Origin: the human T2T-CHM13v2.0 reference genome, Homo sapiens
Strand: one strand, 5' to 3'
Length of the DNA: 64,000 bases
NCBI RefSeq assembly: GCF_009914755.1
Contig: NC_060927.1
Below the pieces are notes generated by a model. That model saw nothing but the letters and a program-made list of their open reading frames with translations. It ran no database searches and was not told where the DNA came from. This document shows positions 1 to 16,416 of this stretch, one piece after another; the stretch's first letter is position 1, and every line of letters starts with the position of its first letter. Both the position numbers and the translations under genes were made by a program.

Positions 1-1019
1 TTTTGTTTGTTGTAATTCTTGGGAGTGGCGAAGGAAGAGTATGTGCATAGCTTTGGAGCTGTTAGGCAAGTCGAATTGGTCTTCTTCAAGAAATATGCCA
101 TTCCTTAGCTAATTGGACCCAGTGCAATACTCTACCACCTCCCTGATTACTTACCTCACTAAGAATAAGGGGTGTTGGGGTGTTATTAGTTTCATTTCTT
201 ACTATCCCCTAGCGTTTGGGGGAGCAGGAGCCTTTAGAAAACCTCTGTTAGTGCCAAAAGTCAAACATGGAAAACTGAAACTTTATCCATTAACTAAAAT
301 ATCTGATGAGCACCATCTGTGAAAAGGTGCCAGATACTCCAACTCTTTTGACATTTCTGAAGAGTTTATCCAAGGAGCTCTTGAAACAAAATGAAAATCC
401 TTGATCGACTAGTAATAGACTCAATAGCCTAATGGCAATATGGAGTGATAAACACATTGAATTAAAACTGCTTTTAAAAATATTTTAGTAAGGTGGCAAT
501 AACAAACTTTGCTTTGATCAGTCATCTGGATCAAGTTAACAATAAAACCTTCATGAATACGGTTTAAATAGAAAAAAATATAATAAGATCTGTTGCTATG
601 GGATATGGAGATAATACTGTACAATAGCAATTACTGTTTTATTCTATCAGGCTTTCTTTTCTGTCCCTGTTTCCCACTAGGGAAATCCCAAACGTTCAGG
701 AACTCTTCTACTGTCTTGTTTCCACCTAATCAAAGCAAGGTGAACAGCTCTTGTCTCCAAGTAAAAGATGAGCAAACCAGACAAGAATGGGATGGCTAGG
801 AGAGGAGAGATTTCCTGACCATCCACTAGACTCACATAGCAATGAATCATAATTGAGTAGAATCTAAGTTGCAGCACTCAGGTCACAGTTGGAGGACAAA
901 ATGAAGCCAGAGGATGCAGAAGCTATTAAAGGAATGCGCGGCATTGGGGAACTTTCTGGGAGTATGTAAGAATAAATGATGTAAAGGCTTCTACTGTGGA
1001 CACTGCACTGAAATTCACT

Positions 1020-1230
1020 CAACGCTTACTGAACATCTGCAACTGCAATGATGCCAAGAATAATTATGTGCCAGGCTAAGTGTTTGGCCAGCATTCTCCT
1101 GCTGAATCCTCACTCCTGAGATGGCTATTCTTGGGGCCCTCTTTGACAGATGAGGAAACTAAGCCCATAACTATTCAGCTAGTGAGTAGAAGAACAGAAC
1201 TCAAACCCAGATGTCTGACTCCAGAGTCCT
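1020..1230 (-). mobile_element. MIR SINE
   Basis: Reverse-orientation MIR core (acagatgaggaaactaag...gaactcaaacccagatgtctgactccagag). Boundaries approximate. Confidence 0.7.
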
Positions 1231-2084
1231 ACAGCAGTGTCATGAAGGGTAAGGTCCACTCCAGGTGCAGGGGTGAGGCAAAGATGAATAGGACATGAGG
1301 AAATAGAAGCCTGACTATAAAACCGTATAAGAAGAGGAGGAGGAGAGAAGGGTATGGTTTAAATGGATGTTCAGAGGCAACAGATCCCCTCCAGCTGAGG
1401 GCAGAGGCATCAAATAAGGCTCCATGGGTCAAACGCCCCTTGAGTTAAGATTTGAAAGTTGGCTTGGCTATAGGTATAAGGAGAGTACACTGGGGAGATC
1501 GCACAGTAAAGTGGCCCTCTAATCACCTTGAGAGGAAAGCAGGTCAATGAGGGGAACTAGAACACCAAATGTGAGATATGCAAGTGTGTGTATGCGTGCG
1601 GGCTTCCTTCATTCCTTTACTGGATGTGGAAAGAGCAGGAAATGTATGTGAGATGAAAATTCACCACCTTATTTTTCAAAATAACATCAACCTGTGGCAT
1701 TTGGAAGGAATTTAAGACAGAGCCACAGCCATATACTCACCCATGTCACACTGTAACATCTCTGGGAAAATGGGCCAGGCTCTTGGCATCTGTGTGTTTA
1801 CAGATATCTACACAATCCACTGCTATAGCATCAGTCCTTCCCTGAGCACTAGTCTGATCTCCCCAAATTCATTCAGCTGATCCATCCTTCCTGCCCCTCC
1901 TCTATAGCAGAACAGAACACTGGTCGGACTCTCCCTCCCAACTTTGTTAAAGGTGGCTCTCTCTCTCGGTCCCTATTTACAGACAGAAATTTAGTAGATC
2001 ATCATGAAGGTTTGGCTGGTGTTTTTATACCTACTCATTAAGCACTTTTATTTTATTTTATTTTATTTTTAATTGTTGCAGAGA

Positions 2085-2930
<846 letters not shown>

Positions 2931-3338
2931 ACCCTAATCATAGTTGAATAATTAACAAGCCTGCACTTAATTTTTGCACAGGACTAACACGCCTGTGACT
3001 CCTAGGCTCTTTTCCATGGATACTTCTTGAGAGTTCTCATCACTTAGCGTGACAGAACTCTCACCTTCCTTAGGGAAGTAACACCTGCCTAGCACTAATT
3101 CAGTTTCGGCCAAACATTCATATTGAGACTCAGACTGAATCAGGATTCCTTGAGTCTCATTTCCTATATCTATAAAATGGGCAAGAGAGGGAAGAATGTC
3201 TTCAGCATAAACCAAACACCATAGATAGACAGACAGATGCTGATCTACTGCTCCTATTGCATATTTTGTGCAGTTTTTCTTTTCTTTTTTCCTGCTAAAA
3301 TCAGGGGAGGGAAATTATGTTGCTAAGTTGCTTTCTGT

Positions 3339-3681
<343 letters not shown>

Positions 3682-4919
3682 TTATGGACAGTGACTGTAG
3701 CCAGAAGCAGCATCTCCCCTGTTCTACTGTCAGCCAGTACAGCCCATGAGGAAGGATTATTTATAAAGAAAGAGTTCTATGTGCTCTGCTCATAATGTTA
3801 GGATCCTAACCGACATTGTGAGATGGAGCCTCCTGTTAACATAAAAAATAATAACCAATGCCTGCTTGGCCCTTGCTGTGTGAACAACACTGTGTTGGCG
3901 TCATCTCATTAAGTCAGTCTGACATCAACCCTGCGATGCAGGCAGGGGTGGGGATTGTATTTAAAATCTTTAATAGCTGCTATGACAGATGCAGAAACCC
4001 ATGAGAACCAAGAGTGACACAGTTGCACATGCCCTGAATATTTGCCTTGGTAGAAGCTTCTTATTACTCCCACTTTACAGATGAAGAAGATGAGGCTTAG
4101 GGATTAAGCAACTAATCAGAGCTCAAATAACTGGTAGATCTGAGGCTCTGACTGTGCAGCCTCCTTTGTAACCAGTGCATCCCACTGCTCAGGTCCTTAA
4201 GGACCAGCCCCTTCATAAACAAAGCAAGACTGACCTGGGAATGGGCTCTGATGACCCACTCCAATCATAGCTTTAAAGAAAAGCAGCTCACTTTTGATTT
4301 TAAAATTCCCTCTGAAAACGATGGAACTCAGACACATTAGAAAATCTTAATGGAGCCCCAAAGAAGTCCATGTTACTGACCATCCCCTAATATAAATTCA
4401 AAAGTCATTATGCACAGTCCACACTAGCGTTTAATGCTTCAACCAATGAGACAGCTAACAGCTAGGCTAACACATTAGCAACTCCAGACAACCAAGGAAT
4501 TTCTAACATCCTGAGCACCATTGCTAGTGGCAGAGTCTGGGGGAAGGGAAAGGCCCTAGATGTTTCCACCACAAAGTTACTTAGTTAAGCGCAGGTCTGT
4601 TTAATTAAGTCGTGGGCAGCACATGCTATACTTAGCTTTTAAACACTTGTAAAGTCCTCTTCATTCATTTATCTTACTTGTCACTGACAAGCTCTTCAAG
4701 GACTGTAACAGTATGCAGAGCATGAAGAGCCTGGGTAAACAACACATATTTTATGTGGAGTCTAAACTGTTTCAACTCAGAAAGTCAATAGAGGGTCTCT
4801 GAAAAAAACTCCAGACTCTTCTACTACAGTGTGGAAGCATTCTGTGCATGGTCTGTTAGGAGTTTCTTTAGAAAGTGAACTCCAAATAAAATCCTAATTT
4901 TTTAACCCAAAGGTAAAAA

Positions 4920-5135
4920 GACAAAAATAAATAAATAAATAAATAAATGGAGGAGTGGAAGAAGAAAGGTGGGAGAGAATGAAGGAGACTGGGAAGAAAT
5001 AAAGGAAGGAAGAAAGGAGGGAGAGAGTGAGGGAGGGAAGAGAAAGAGGAGAGAGAGAGAAGAGGAGAGGTAAGGAGAAGAGAGGGAAGAGAAGACAAGA
5101 GAAGAGAGAAAAAGAAAGGAAGGAGAGAGGAAAGA
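4920..5135 (+). repeat. (AAAT)n followed by GA-rich low-complexity tract
   Basis: aataaataaataaat, then about 180 nt of almost pure purine. Confidence 0.85.
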
Positions 5136-7429
5136 CAGTGTTTGCAGGTATTGAGATTCGGACTCTAGAATTGTGCTGACAAGTGAAGACAACATTTTCA
5201 TTCCATTCATAATTCAACAAATATTTATTATCACTGGTTTAGGGAGAACTGGCATCATCAAAACAGCTCCCTAACTAATGAATGGGCAAAACAGCCTCGG
5301 GGTATCGCCTAACAGAATTGGCCAATAGGCTAGAAACTGGAGCGTGAACATTCCAGTAGAACTCTAGGAGCATGTGAGATTCTAGGAGAATGTGAGGTTG
5401 AGTAAAAGCCAGCAGCGCCCTCCGAAAGAGACCGTGAGAGTCTTAAACAGGGCTATGAAGAGAGGGGTTCACATACCCTTGGAGGCAAGATAATTCACAG
5501 GGAGTAAATGAACTGCTCAACAGTTACATATTTACTCTAAAATATATTAAAATAAATTATAACAAGCACATCAAAGAGAGGTTTCATAGAAATTATGTCT
5601 TAGGATGTGGAAAACACTGTGAAGGTAATCCTCAAAATGTCTGAAGCTTGAGACACCACCATCAGAAGGGAAGGGTAAAGCAAAGGAGAACGGACTGGGC
5701 AAGCAGAGGAGACTAGAAACTCAGGTCAGCCCAGAGAGAATGAACATGTCCTGAGAACTGTGGGAGGACGGAAGGACGCTCTCCTTCAAGGGCTTTGACC
5801 TTCGCGCAGAAGTGGAAGCAAATGCAATCTGGGCCTGCTCCCAGTTCTAAAGCAGAATGGAAGGGCATAAACCTCCCAGCACCTCACCTCCTTCAAAACA
5901 AAACAAATGACCCCCCAAAGGGGGAGAGAAGGGTTGGGGTGAGCCATGCAAAACATGTGGTGGGGCTGTGTTGGCCAGCACCGAGCACAGTTTTGACTCC
6001 AGGAGGTGTGGAGACAGCCAGGAGAGGCTTGGCAGCTGGGAGGGAGAACGAGACAGGGAGAGGCAGCCAGGCCCTTGGAGGGGGAACAAATCCCTCTCCC
6101 CAGCTGGTCTCACGCTTGGGTGAGACAACTGGAGAAAATGTAAACATGCTCATTAGCAGTTTTCCAATCAGTTGAAAAACAAATGGGAAGAGAAAAATGG
6201 CAGGCGATTGTTCCAAATACCAACTCTCTGCCACATCTCCTCAGGTGTTTATCAGAGTTGCCCGCTGTGCTGTCCTCCCTTTCGTCTGGATCACAACACC
6301 TTTACTAGCTTTACATGGAACACTTGGAGCTCACCCTAACTAGGGTCGATTTAGTTCTATGAGGAGTCACATACTCCACTCAGGATAGAAGGTCTCTGTG
6401 GACACCCCCAGAGATGCACAAACAAGACAGGGACATCATTTGCAGGTCTCCCCACAGCCTCATCCAAGCTGATATTCTCTCAGTACATGAACATGAAAAC
6501 TCATCAATAACCCCTACCTCTTCTCCTGCGATAACTTACCCCCCCAAAGAAGAGGCAAAGTGGAAATTTTGTGAATCTGTGTGTGAATCTGACAGAAATC
6601 CAATTTCCAGAAAGGATGAAGTTATACTCAAATTTCATCTGGAAATGTCTACTGTGTTGAGTCATATGGTTGTTTTTTTTTTCCTAACACATCAACTTGA
6701 ATTCATTGAATGGGTACATTTCAAAAAACACTTTCTCTTAGTCACCTATTTAAGGTGGAATCCAAAAAGCCTGGTTGTCTGTGACCCTGAAGTTGAAATA
6801 GCTTAAGTACAAAATGTCCAAATGTATTTAAACTTGAATCTGAACAAAAATAGATACTAAAGTACATAACTGATGTTTCTTGATAGTACTTGGAAAAGGC
6901 GGGTAACTTGAAAGTTGGGGAGACCGTCTCGTAGACTAGAGAATTTTAGGGCTATTTCAAATCTCTCCCCTACAAATAAGGACTTGCCAGAACAACCCAA
7001 ATTCATAAAATGTTAATACTGGGCCACATCTTCAATTAGTGAATCCAAGCTTACTACTTTACAGAGGGGAGACTGAGGCTCCAAGAGGGGGAAGGTTAGT
7101 TGCTGATGGGCCCAGGAGAAACCCCCAGAATACTTGACAGCTGGAACCTGGCCCTGTCCTTGCCCCTGGCCGTCTTCCCATTTGATTTGCAACTGCAGAT
7201 GAGTCCACCATGTCCATGACCTGTAACACCACAGGCCCGACTCATGTCATTGGTTTTGCGTTCCAAAGTACTATGGTATTAATTTCCATTCTTTCAGTCT
7301 AAACAGCATCAAACACCTAATCATTTTGTTCTTGATGGCTACAGATAGGTTAAGGAATTTTCCATTTCCTTTGAGATAGGAGCCTCACTTCTCTAGCAGA
7401 ACTACTGATTAGGCTTTATAATTTTTCTT

Positions 7430-8390
7430 TTTTAAATAACATCTGTAAGTTTTTATTATGTAAATCATACATGCTAGTTATGAAAAATTAAAGAGTACAA
7501 AAGAGTTTATAAAAAGAAAAGTAATGTTCTCCCTCCCTCTGCTCCAATATTTATTCCCGCTGTTAAGGTTTTTCTGCCAATCTTTCTAAAAAATTTTGTG
7601 CTTAATGCAAGCACAGACACACATACTTACCCTTTACAAACAATATCTCCAATATTGTTCTTCCACATCAAGAACATAGAGAGCTTCCTCATCATTAATG
7701 GTTGCATGTTATTCCACTCTATGCGTATACTTTTGTTTACCAGTCCTCTATTGATGTGTTCAAATAGAGACTCCAAAAGGGAAGATATCTTTTTTTCATT
7801 TTATTCCAAGATGCATCCCAAGCACCTAAAGCACTGCCTGGCACATATGGACATATAATAAGTGTTTGTTGAATGAATAAGTGATGGGCATTTGGGTCAT
7901 TTCCAGCTTTTCATTTTTTCCAACAATGCTTAAAACAATATTTTTGCAAAGGAACAGCTTTGCTTGTCCTAATGTGTTTGTTTCCAACAAAGACGGATGC
8001 TTAAACATATCATAGCTGTTTCTATAATGTGCTAGGAAAAAACAAGTTCAAGAGAGAACCCTAAAATAGAATATACACATTTTAAACTTGGAAGGATATC
8101 ACCAAATTCCCTTCAAAACTGTCAATCAACATCCAGCCTGTACCTCTTTCTCTATGCTGTGCTAACATGGAGTTTCTCCAAACTCTTTAATCTTCAAAAA
8201 TATGATAGGTAAAATATTGTATCCCATGTGTTCCCTAATTATAATTTGAAGCTGAGCATAATTTCATTCATTTAGTGTCTATTTCTACTTCATTATCTGT
8301 GAGCCCCCTTTTAATGTCCTTTTTTCCCACGTTTCTTCTTGATCATTTGGGAACTATCTTCTTATTTGTTGTGAGAATAATTGTATATCT
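7430..8390 (-). mobile_element. Ancient L1M fragments with an L2 3'-end piece at about 7780-7880
   Basis: tgatgggcatttgggtcatttccagc resembles an L1 ORF2/3' relic; gcactgcctggcacatat...tgtttgttgaatgaat is an L2 terminus. Boundaries approximate. Confidence 0.5.
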
Positions 8391-9280
8391 AAAGAAAATT
8401 AGTTGGGGCTGATTTCAGGAAGAGAAGAGCATAAGTGAAGGTGGGAAGAGGGCACATAAAAGCAGGCCATGCAGGGAAGGGAATTGTGCAGACAGGTGAG
8501 AGGCGAGGATGCCCAGGAGCCCAGTCATTTGAACACTTTAGGTGTTCTCTTGAGTAGAAGAGAAAAGGGGGGAAAGTGGTAGGTAGTTGATATGCTGGGA
8601 TGTGAACAGAGTCGGCCTCTGTTGAACCATTAGCAGGAATAAATGTTAGCAGTTGATATGGGGCTTTACTTCTCTGCAGAAGATTGTTGGGTTTTTTGAG
8701 TGTTAAGCATGCAAATGCCACTCATGCTTGTGTTGGTAGAAACAATCTAATACAACCTGCTTTCCCAAACAAGACTTCTCTTTGTAGCCATCCTGGTGGA
8801 TGGTGGTCCAGTCTTCATTCCTTATCACTGGAGATGGGAGACTCAATAGCTATTTGATAATGTATTAAGCAGCTTAAATAGGATGCTCCCTGCCTCCTAC
8901 ACTCATATTTTGAGCTTTGTACCTGCAGTTGTACCCTACTTCTGCCTTTTTGGGCAGCTCACATCTTCAGATATTTGAATACAGTTATGCCCATTATCTA
9001 TTTGTTGTTCTCTCAACTAGTCACTCCCCACTTCTCCTAGTCCTCTCTCTGTACCCCATTGCACAAGGTGCTACTACATGCATCAAGGCTCCTTTGAGAG
9101 AATTCTTTGAATAAAGCCTGAAACTAAGTCTTCACATGTGTCCTTACATCTGCTAAGCATGATTTAAAAATAAGTAATATACTCTTAGGTTCCATTGATT
9201 TTTACCATCTGCTGTGCAATGCTAATGCTCTAATTTACAATTGATTAAACTCATATCCTGGTTGTTAGTTCCTCTGCCAT

Positions 9281-9347
<67 letters not shown>
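9281..9347. repeat. (TC)n(CA)n compound microsatellite
   Basis: Read directly. Confidence 0.95.
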
Positions 9348-9350
<3 letters not shown>

Positions 9351-9404
9351 CCCAGAATTTTAATTCTAAGTATATACTTCATTCTTTTCCTTATTAAAAA
9401 AAAA

Positions 9405-9763
<359 letters not shown>

Positions 9764-10399
9764 TGAGATGTTTCTCAAGTCTGATTTTGTCTGCCATTGT
9801 TTTTGGTAAGCTACATGGCTTTGATGCATCCTATTTTCACCAAAAAGCATGTTTTCAAAGGCTTTGTATAATTAGTTCCTTGTACATGCTGGCAGGTCAC
9901 AGCCTAGCTCCTCTGGCAACCTCCCTATAGAGGTGACAGGATTCCCTAATCAACCTGCCTATTATAAAGCTGTTCAATCAACTATAAATCCATCCATCCA
10001 GTCCTTATTTCTCCATGTGGTAAAAAAGCTATTCATATACATATAAGTTTGTCCTGTTGTATTCCTAGCTGAAATCTTGGTACCCTGGTACCCTGCGACT
10101 ATGCCATTCCCTTGACTTGTCTTTCTATCAACCTTATCAAAAACCAAAGTGACGTTAGCATTACTTAATCTTCAGGAACAAATAAATCTTAGTGATTGCT
10201 GATTTTATTCTCATTTCATAAGACATCAATTTAAAGACTTATTTTGCAATCTAGGTGAGGACCAATATTGAACCTATAGAACTTAATCAACATGACATTT
10301 GTCTTTTAGGCATTTAGTGGTAAAGTTCTGGAGGTGGGTAAAATTCAGAAAAGCCTAAAAAAATGGAAAGTTAATTTCTGTCTTCTTTGGGTGCTTTCA

Positions 10400-10819
10400 T
10401 CCACTGTTGGCAGGATTTTAAGTTGGCATAAACTTTCTCAAGGGCAATTTGGCACTAGGTATCAAAATTTAACATATGTCTACCCTGTGGTCCAATAGTC
10501 TCTTCCTGAAAAAAATGTTGGAGAAGAACACAGGGATGAATACAAAAGGGTATCACAGGGATGGCAATCATAGGAGCAGTTAATGAGAAGTAACCAAAAT
10601 GTCCATATATTAGGATTTGGTTTATCAAATCATTAAATAGCTGTTATTCCTATAATGAAATATTCAGAAGCCAGTCAAAAGAGTGATACGTATTTGTATT
10701 CACCAGAAGGAAAGTGCATCACAACATATAATTAAATGGAAATAAAAGCAGGCTGTGAAACAACATGTTCATATAAAATAGTATATAAAAGTCTACATTT
10801 AAATATATATATGGGTTTG

Positions 10820-10886
<67 letters not shown>

Positions 10887-11030
10887 AGTACAGAAAGATG
10901 AGCACCAACCATTTATAATTATTGCTGGGTATTTGGATTTTAGGGAATTAATTTTCTCCTTTATTCCTTTCTATATTATTTAAATATTCAATCAGGTACA
11001 AGAAATAATAAAACAATAAAAAAAAAAGGT
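10400..11030 (+). mobile_element. Ancient L1M 3' fragment
   Basis: aactttctcaagggcaatttggca...aaccaaaatgtcca...aatgaaatattcag resembles an old L1 3' end. Boundaries approximate. Confidence 0.5.
10825..10882. repeat. (TG)n(TA)n microsatellite
   Basis: Read directly. Confidence 0.95.
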
Positions 11031-13116
11031 TTCTCTGCTCCCTATACAAAAATGCAGAGATATAAATTACATCTCATATTAGGGGGAGATACTGTTGAAA
11101 TCATTTTAGTTCTGGGGAAAAGACTCCTGAGACTGAGAATTTTGACTTTGGAGAATTGAGACTCCTGTTGCCTTCTATTTTAGTGAACTACAACAGTCCA
11201 TTCAATGGAGCACCCTAACTTACTGGCCACAGCTTTCCTCCTTCCACCTTAATCTTTTAAAATTCCAATTTCTCCTAACAACCAGCATCACCAATCTCTC
11301 CTAAGTTTAGCAAACTGCAATGACAGGCATGGCTGTGTCTATGCACAAACAGCTGGATGGGAAAGGAAAGGTTCCCAAGACCCTGTCAGGCTCTGAACCA
11401 AGACACTAGTGCCAAATTCAAGTCCTCCCCCAAGAATCCAGGGGACCTCAGCTGGATCAAGTCACTGTCTATCTGAATGTCACATCATGGGCCAAAGATT
11501 GGGAGTATCTCTTTGCTGGGTCTTTTCAAGTTGAGAGAGTTAATAGTATAGCTCTAAGTTCAGAAAATATCTTTTAATAATACAGCGATGCAACAATGTA
11601 TAGGCTAAAGTCATGCAAAAAAATTTTTCTCATTCCCACACACTGAACTTGGTAATTATATAGAAGCTTGGACATTAAGGACCCAGACATAAAGGAGTGG
11701 ATTAAAAAGCATAATTATGGCTCAGAAACAGCATGTGCCTGGGGACACTGCCAGCCAAGTCCTACCCTACAAAACAAAACAAAAAAAGGTATGCTGTGGG
11801 GTGTTTTTTTTCCTCTCTGCCATTTTGGGAAATAACCCATTAAAAGAATAAAGCACCATAATGATTATTTAGGAACAGACATGATTTGGAAACTGGTAGA
11901 AAAATAGGTCTTTAGTTCTGGAATTTTAAGGTTAATGGCCCAAGGATCTCTCAGACTCTGAAGCTTTATAGGACATTTTATTTGAAATCTGTGCTCAAGG
12001 GAATATACTTCAAATTTCCAAGTCTCAAAAGCTGTACAATGGAAGGAAGCTGTTATTTTACTCTTGGAGTGGTGGTTGGGGGATGCATTAATGAAAGACC
12101 CAAATCATAACCTACTAACCACAGCTAAGTATGCAGAAAATAAGAACATGCCCTAGAAGGCACCCAACCTTCATCAAACCCAGGGCAAGCTTTCATGAGC
12201 AGAATGACCCAGCAATCTAATCTCAGCAGCCATTTTATCATTAATTGAAAATGCTGGTTCCAAGCTGACTTTGTGTTGACAGTTTTCATATCACACTCTT
12301 TCTTAAGAATACACAGTGGCTCCCTATGTCATGTGCATCAGATAGAAACAGTTCAGTTACTGGGCAAAGCCAACCTCTCACTTTCCTTCTTTAACAATCC
12401 ACCTCCTCCCAGCTTCCCCCACAGAAACTCTCCCAAAGATTGTCTGTCTCTAATTACAAGCACACAGACTCATCTCAACTCTTGTGCTTCCCTTGCTAGA
12501 AATAACTTCTCCCTACAAAACCAGGTACTTCAGCCTCCATAACAGTTGGGTTCAAAATGTACCTTATTAAGAAAATTTCCATAACTAGCAGGGTCCTGGA
12601 GAGTAAAGAAAACCACAAGTGGGATCAGAAGGCCTGAGCCAAATGGTCAAAGTTAAGCCACTTAACAGCTGTGAAACTACCTGCAAGTTATTTAACCTCT
12701 CCAATTATGTGCAAAAGGCATCAGCAAGCCGCTTGATATCAAGGAAGCTGCTCTAGATACCTGAGCTAAGTCTGTGGCTTCTGATTCCCTTTTATAGCCC
12801 TTGAAATTCTGGAACAAGGTCCAGACCCTCTCTGTGCTCAATAAACTCTGTGGATCAACTGTCTGTCTTACCCATCATCATGTGCCCTGAGCAAACAGGC
12901 TTATCTCCACTTCCACCCTGACTCCTGTGACACAGTCCTATACCAGTCTCCAGTTATACCTTTCCTGGTGACAATTACAGCCCAGAGTGATCCAAAATCT
13001 TGCCATTTATTTTACATTTCCAGTAGGTGAATTTGCAAGGCTATCTATGTATGGAGACCAAGTGTTTAGGGGCCCAGAGATTCCCACATTTAGGGGTTAC
13101 TGACTCATTTCATTAG

Positions 13117-13290
13117 ATCAATGCCTCTCAAATGCTGATCTGTCAACCAGATCTATCAGCTTCTTGGTGACTCTCCCCTGAGATTTTGAGTGTGTAGGTG
13201 TGAAAGTGGCCCTAGAGTAGGTATTCAGTGAAGGAGGAAAAAAAGCTTGCTGGGCGATGTTAAAACAGAGTCAGGTTTTAGGAACTGCTG
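13117..13290. mobile_element. MER5-like hAT-Charlie MITE
   Basis: caatgcctctcaaa...gagattttgagtgtgtaggt...ttttaggaactgctg resembles the MER5 layout. Confidence 0.5.
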
Positions 13291-16106
13291 CTGCAGGTAA
13301 TCTAACTATTTTAAACATTGAGGCTCACGGACCTTGTTTTTAAAGACTGTGCCTTGAGACAGCCAGAAATAACCCAGAGAACCAGAAGTTAAAATAATCA
13401 TCTGTATCATTTTTATAATTATTTCCTCTAATTTCCAACTTTAATTTGACACTGTCCTTCTTTACCTATCAGTCTATGGGGCACAACGTTAAGCCTCTTG
13501 GGAGTTCCAAGCTGGGAATTACTGCATGCTAGAAAAGGTCCAATGCTGTTCACTATCTCTTCTTAGCATGTCCCTGCCAAGGAATAATCAGAAAAGGCTT
13601 CTTTAACCTTCTCCTTCAAGTTTTCTCCTTTCTCCCTCAGGGATGCCTCTCTGGGGTCCAGGGAAGCTTTCATGCCCGTAAAGACCTTGGTGTTGTTGGA
13701 CATGAAAACCAGCAGGCACATATACTAACTTTGTCCCTGAATAAGTATGTGGTTTCTGTTTGGTTTGTTCGAGAAGCTCTTTTTTGGATTTGCACTTCAA
13801 CACCGTAAGAGATCTGAGAAACATCCTAACATCCTGGCAAACTGTCAGGAGAACAATCGTTTGACTGGAGAATGAGGCCTCTCCTTTCCCAGAACTATCC
13901 TTTGCATTCTCCGAGTTTGAGAATAAATATAATAACAACCAAACAACCATAAAAGTTAGACCCAAGCCTTGACTTCAGATGGCTCAAGGTGAGGATAATA
14001 ATCTACAAATCAATCCACAGATCGTGCAGAAGGGAGGAAAGATGTTGTGCTGGTTCCCTGATCCCTATCTGGGGTCCCAGAGTTCCATGGAACATTCCAG
14101 AAGTAATTTGGCTTTGTGCTCAGTGCACAGGGACTAATGTTTTTCAACAAAATTTCATAAGGAGATGTCGGGATAATTTTGGGTCCTGCTCTCAACAGAA
14201 GCTGAAAATTAGGTGTGGCTAAGAAGACAGGATCAGGCTTTTTTATGTGACCGCTGTTCTGACAAAGCACCCAAGCAGTGAAAAATTGTCTGCCTTATCA
14301 CCACAGAGAATTTATGATGGATTTGTCCAAGAGGAGTCCTGCTCATAAAAGCCTGCAAAACAGATCTATTAAAACAAACCTCTAATTATGAACAGAACAA
14401 GAATCCCACTGAGATAATTTTGCAGCTATAATATCAACAAATTCAATAATCCCAAAGCCCAGTCACAGAATCATCCGACTTGAGAAGATTTGAGTCCGTT
14501 AAGGGTGATTACTGGGCACGCATGACTGACCACCAAACTAGGTGAGATGCTGCTGATAAAAGAAAAAAGAACAGGACAACAGCTTTCAACTCAAGCCATT
14601 TAAAATATCCAACAATGGCTTACAAGATAAAACTGTTTGGCAGCAGAAAGGGGGAACCTATTATCAAGTATATTTTCTGGACCAAATACCAGAAATGTAA
14701 GTAAGATGACAGGATGTGCCAGAGGTCATGTAAATGTGGGTGACCTGGTAAAGGAATGTGGAATGCCTGACTTCCAGCCAGCACTTAGCTCCTTCCACTG
14801 TGGAGGAAGTAAGGACCAAGGTCAGAAGGATGCTCTGCCTGCCCCTCACAGACTCTCTCCATGCTCAGCGGAGTTATTATTAGACTCAAGCATCACACAT
14901 CACTCTAACATTTTCCTCAGAGAGAAATCTTAGGTTTCTTCTACTTCCTCAATTCTTCTGGTCTTGGTCAGGACATTAATATTTGTTGAACAGCATGTTT
15001 TTAAAGTGGAAAGATATTTCAAAAATCAAATATTCTGGTTTGTTTCAAAGAACATGTTCTCAGCTAAAGCCTGATTCTTTCTTCCTGTGGGGGTGAGCCA
15101 CAGTTGGCAATGATTCACCGAAATTTCCACCAGCTAACAATAAAAAATTATGTCCCATTCTGAAGAAACAAAAGAAAAATTGTAGTGAAGTCGTACATTT
15201 CCTTTCCAGTCCCCAAAGACAATCTGAAGAACTGATTCAACATGCCGAATTAAGCCACGAGAATTTATCCATATCTAATAAGGATTAGCAAATGTTACAA
15301 CACTGAACATGGCTTGGACATAATTTATATTCCAACTTCTAAGCCATTGGGTTTAGTATGGTCTCATTCCAGCCGTGACATAGGAGGATACAGAGAGCAG
15401 TCATGCTGTGTCCTCTGAGAATCCCTGCATGACAAGCAGGAGGGCTCTTTATGTGAAAAAAGGTTTCTTTACACAGGACCAGTACCCACAGAACCAGAAT
15501 GTGATAACTAAGTCTAAAGAACCACTGAGGGGAGATGTGCAGCTTCCCTCAAGCCTAAGAACATTGTTCTAGAAGCAGAAAACCTAGTGATAGAACCCAC
15601 TCTGCCTCTTGCCAAAGCTGGGTGTCCACCTGCAACTTGGAAAATGTTGGAAACAATTCTAAATTACATATTGGGAGTGAGGAAGATTAAGACTCCTAAA
15701 CTTGGGGCTAGCAGCTCTGGTTGGGTCTGCTCCATTCCATTTTTCATCCATACTTGCCAAAAGCACAAAGAGGCAACTGGGACATTTGCTCATACTATCT
15801 GCTATTAAGATAAATCAGCAACACTTAAGTGTCTGGTTCATAAAAAATAAACCCCCAGAGATTGCTCTTCCCCCACCAATATATCAACTTTTTGTTTCCC
15901 TGCCTTAGCAAGGATTGCATCAGTAGAAAGCTCAGGAACACACAGGCTTTTCCTGGAAGCCAAACCACATCTCAAGAAGCCTCAGAAGACCCTGGCCCCA
16001 GCAGACCCCCCAGAAGCCTAGACATGCAAACATCATTGTTGGATGGGTATAAACACCCCTTTCCTGGAGGGAAAAATTCTGGAACCCATCCTGAACTGGG
16101 TTCTTT

Positions 16107-16351
16107 CATTCCTTTCTTTCCTTTCTTTCCTTCTCTCCCTCCCTCTCTCCCTCCCTCTCTCTCCTCCCTTCTTTCCCTCCCTCCCTCCCTCCTTCCCTTG
16201 CCTCCCCACCTCACCTCCCCATCCCCTCTCCTCCCCTCTTCTCTCCCCTCCCCCTCCCCTCCCCCTCCCCTCCCCCTCCCATCCCCCTCCTCCTCCTCCT
16301 CCTCCTTCTTCTTCCTCCTCTTCTTCTTCTTCTTCTTCTTCTTCTTCTTCT

Positions 16352-16386
<35 letters not shown>

Positions 16387-16416
16387 GCCCCTCCCTCCCT
16401 CCCTCTCTTTCTTTAT
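16107..16416. repeat. About 310-bp polypyrimidine tract: (CTTT), (CCCT), (CCT), (TTC)11, (TC)n
   Basis: Read directly; (TTC)11 at 16321-16353. Confidence 0.95.

Noticed and set aside
5408-5428. Possible CTCF site (cagcagcgccctccg)
   Set aside because: Only half of the core motif matches; not supportable without ChIP data.
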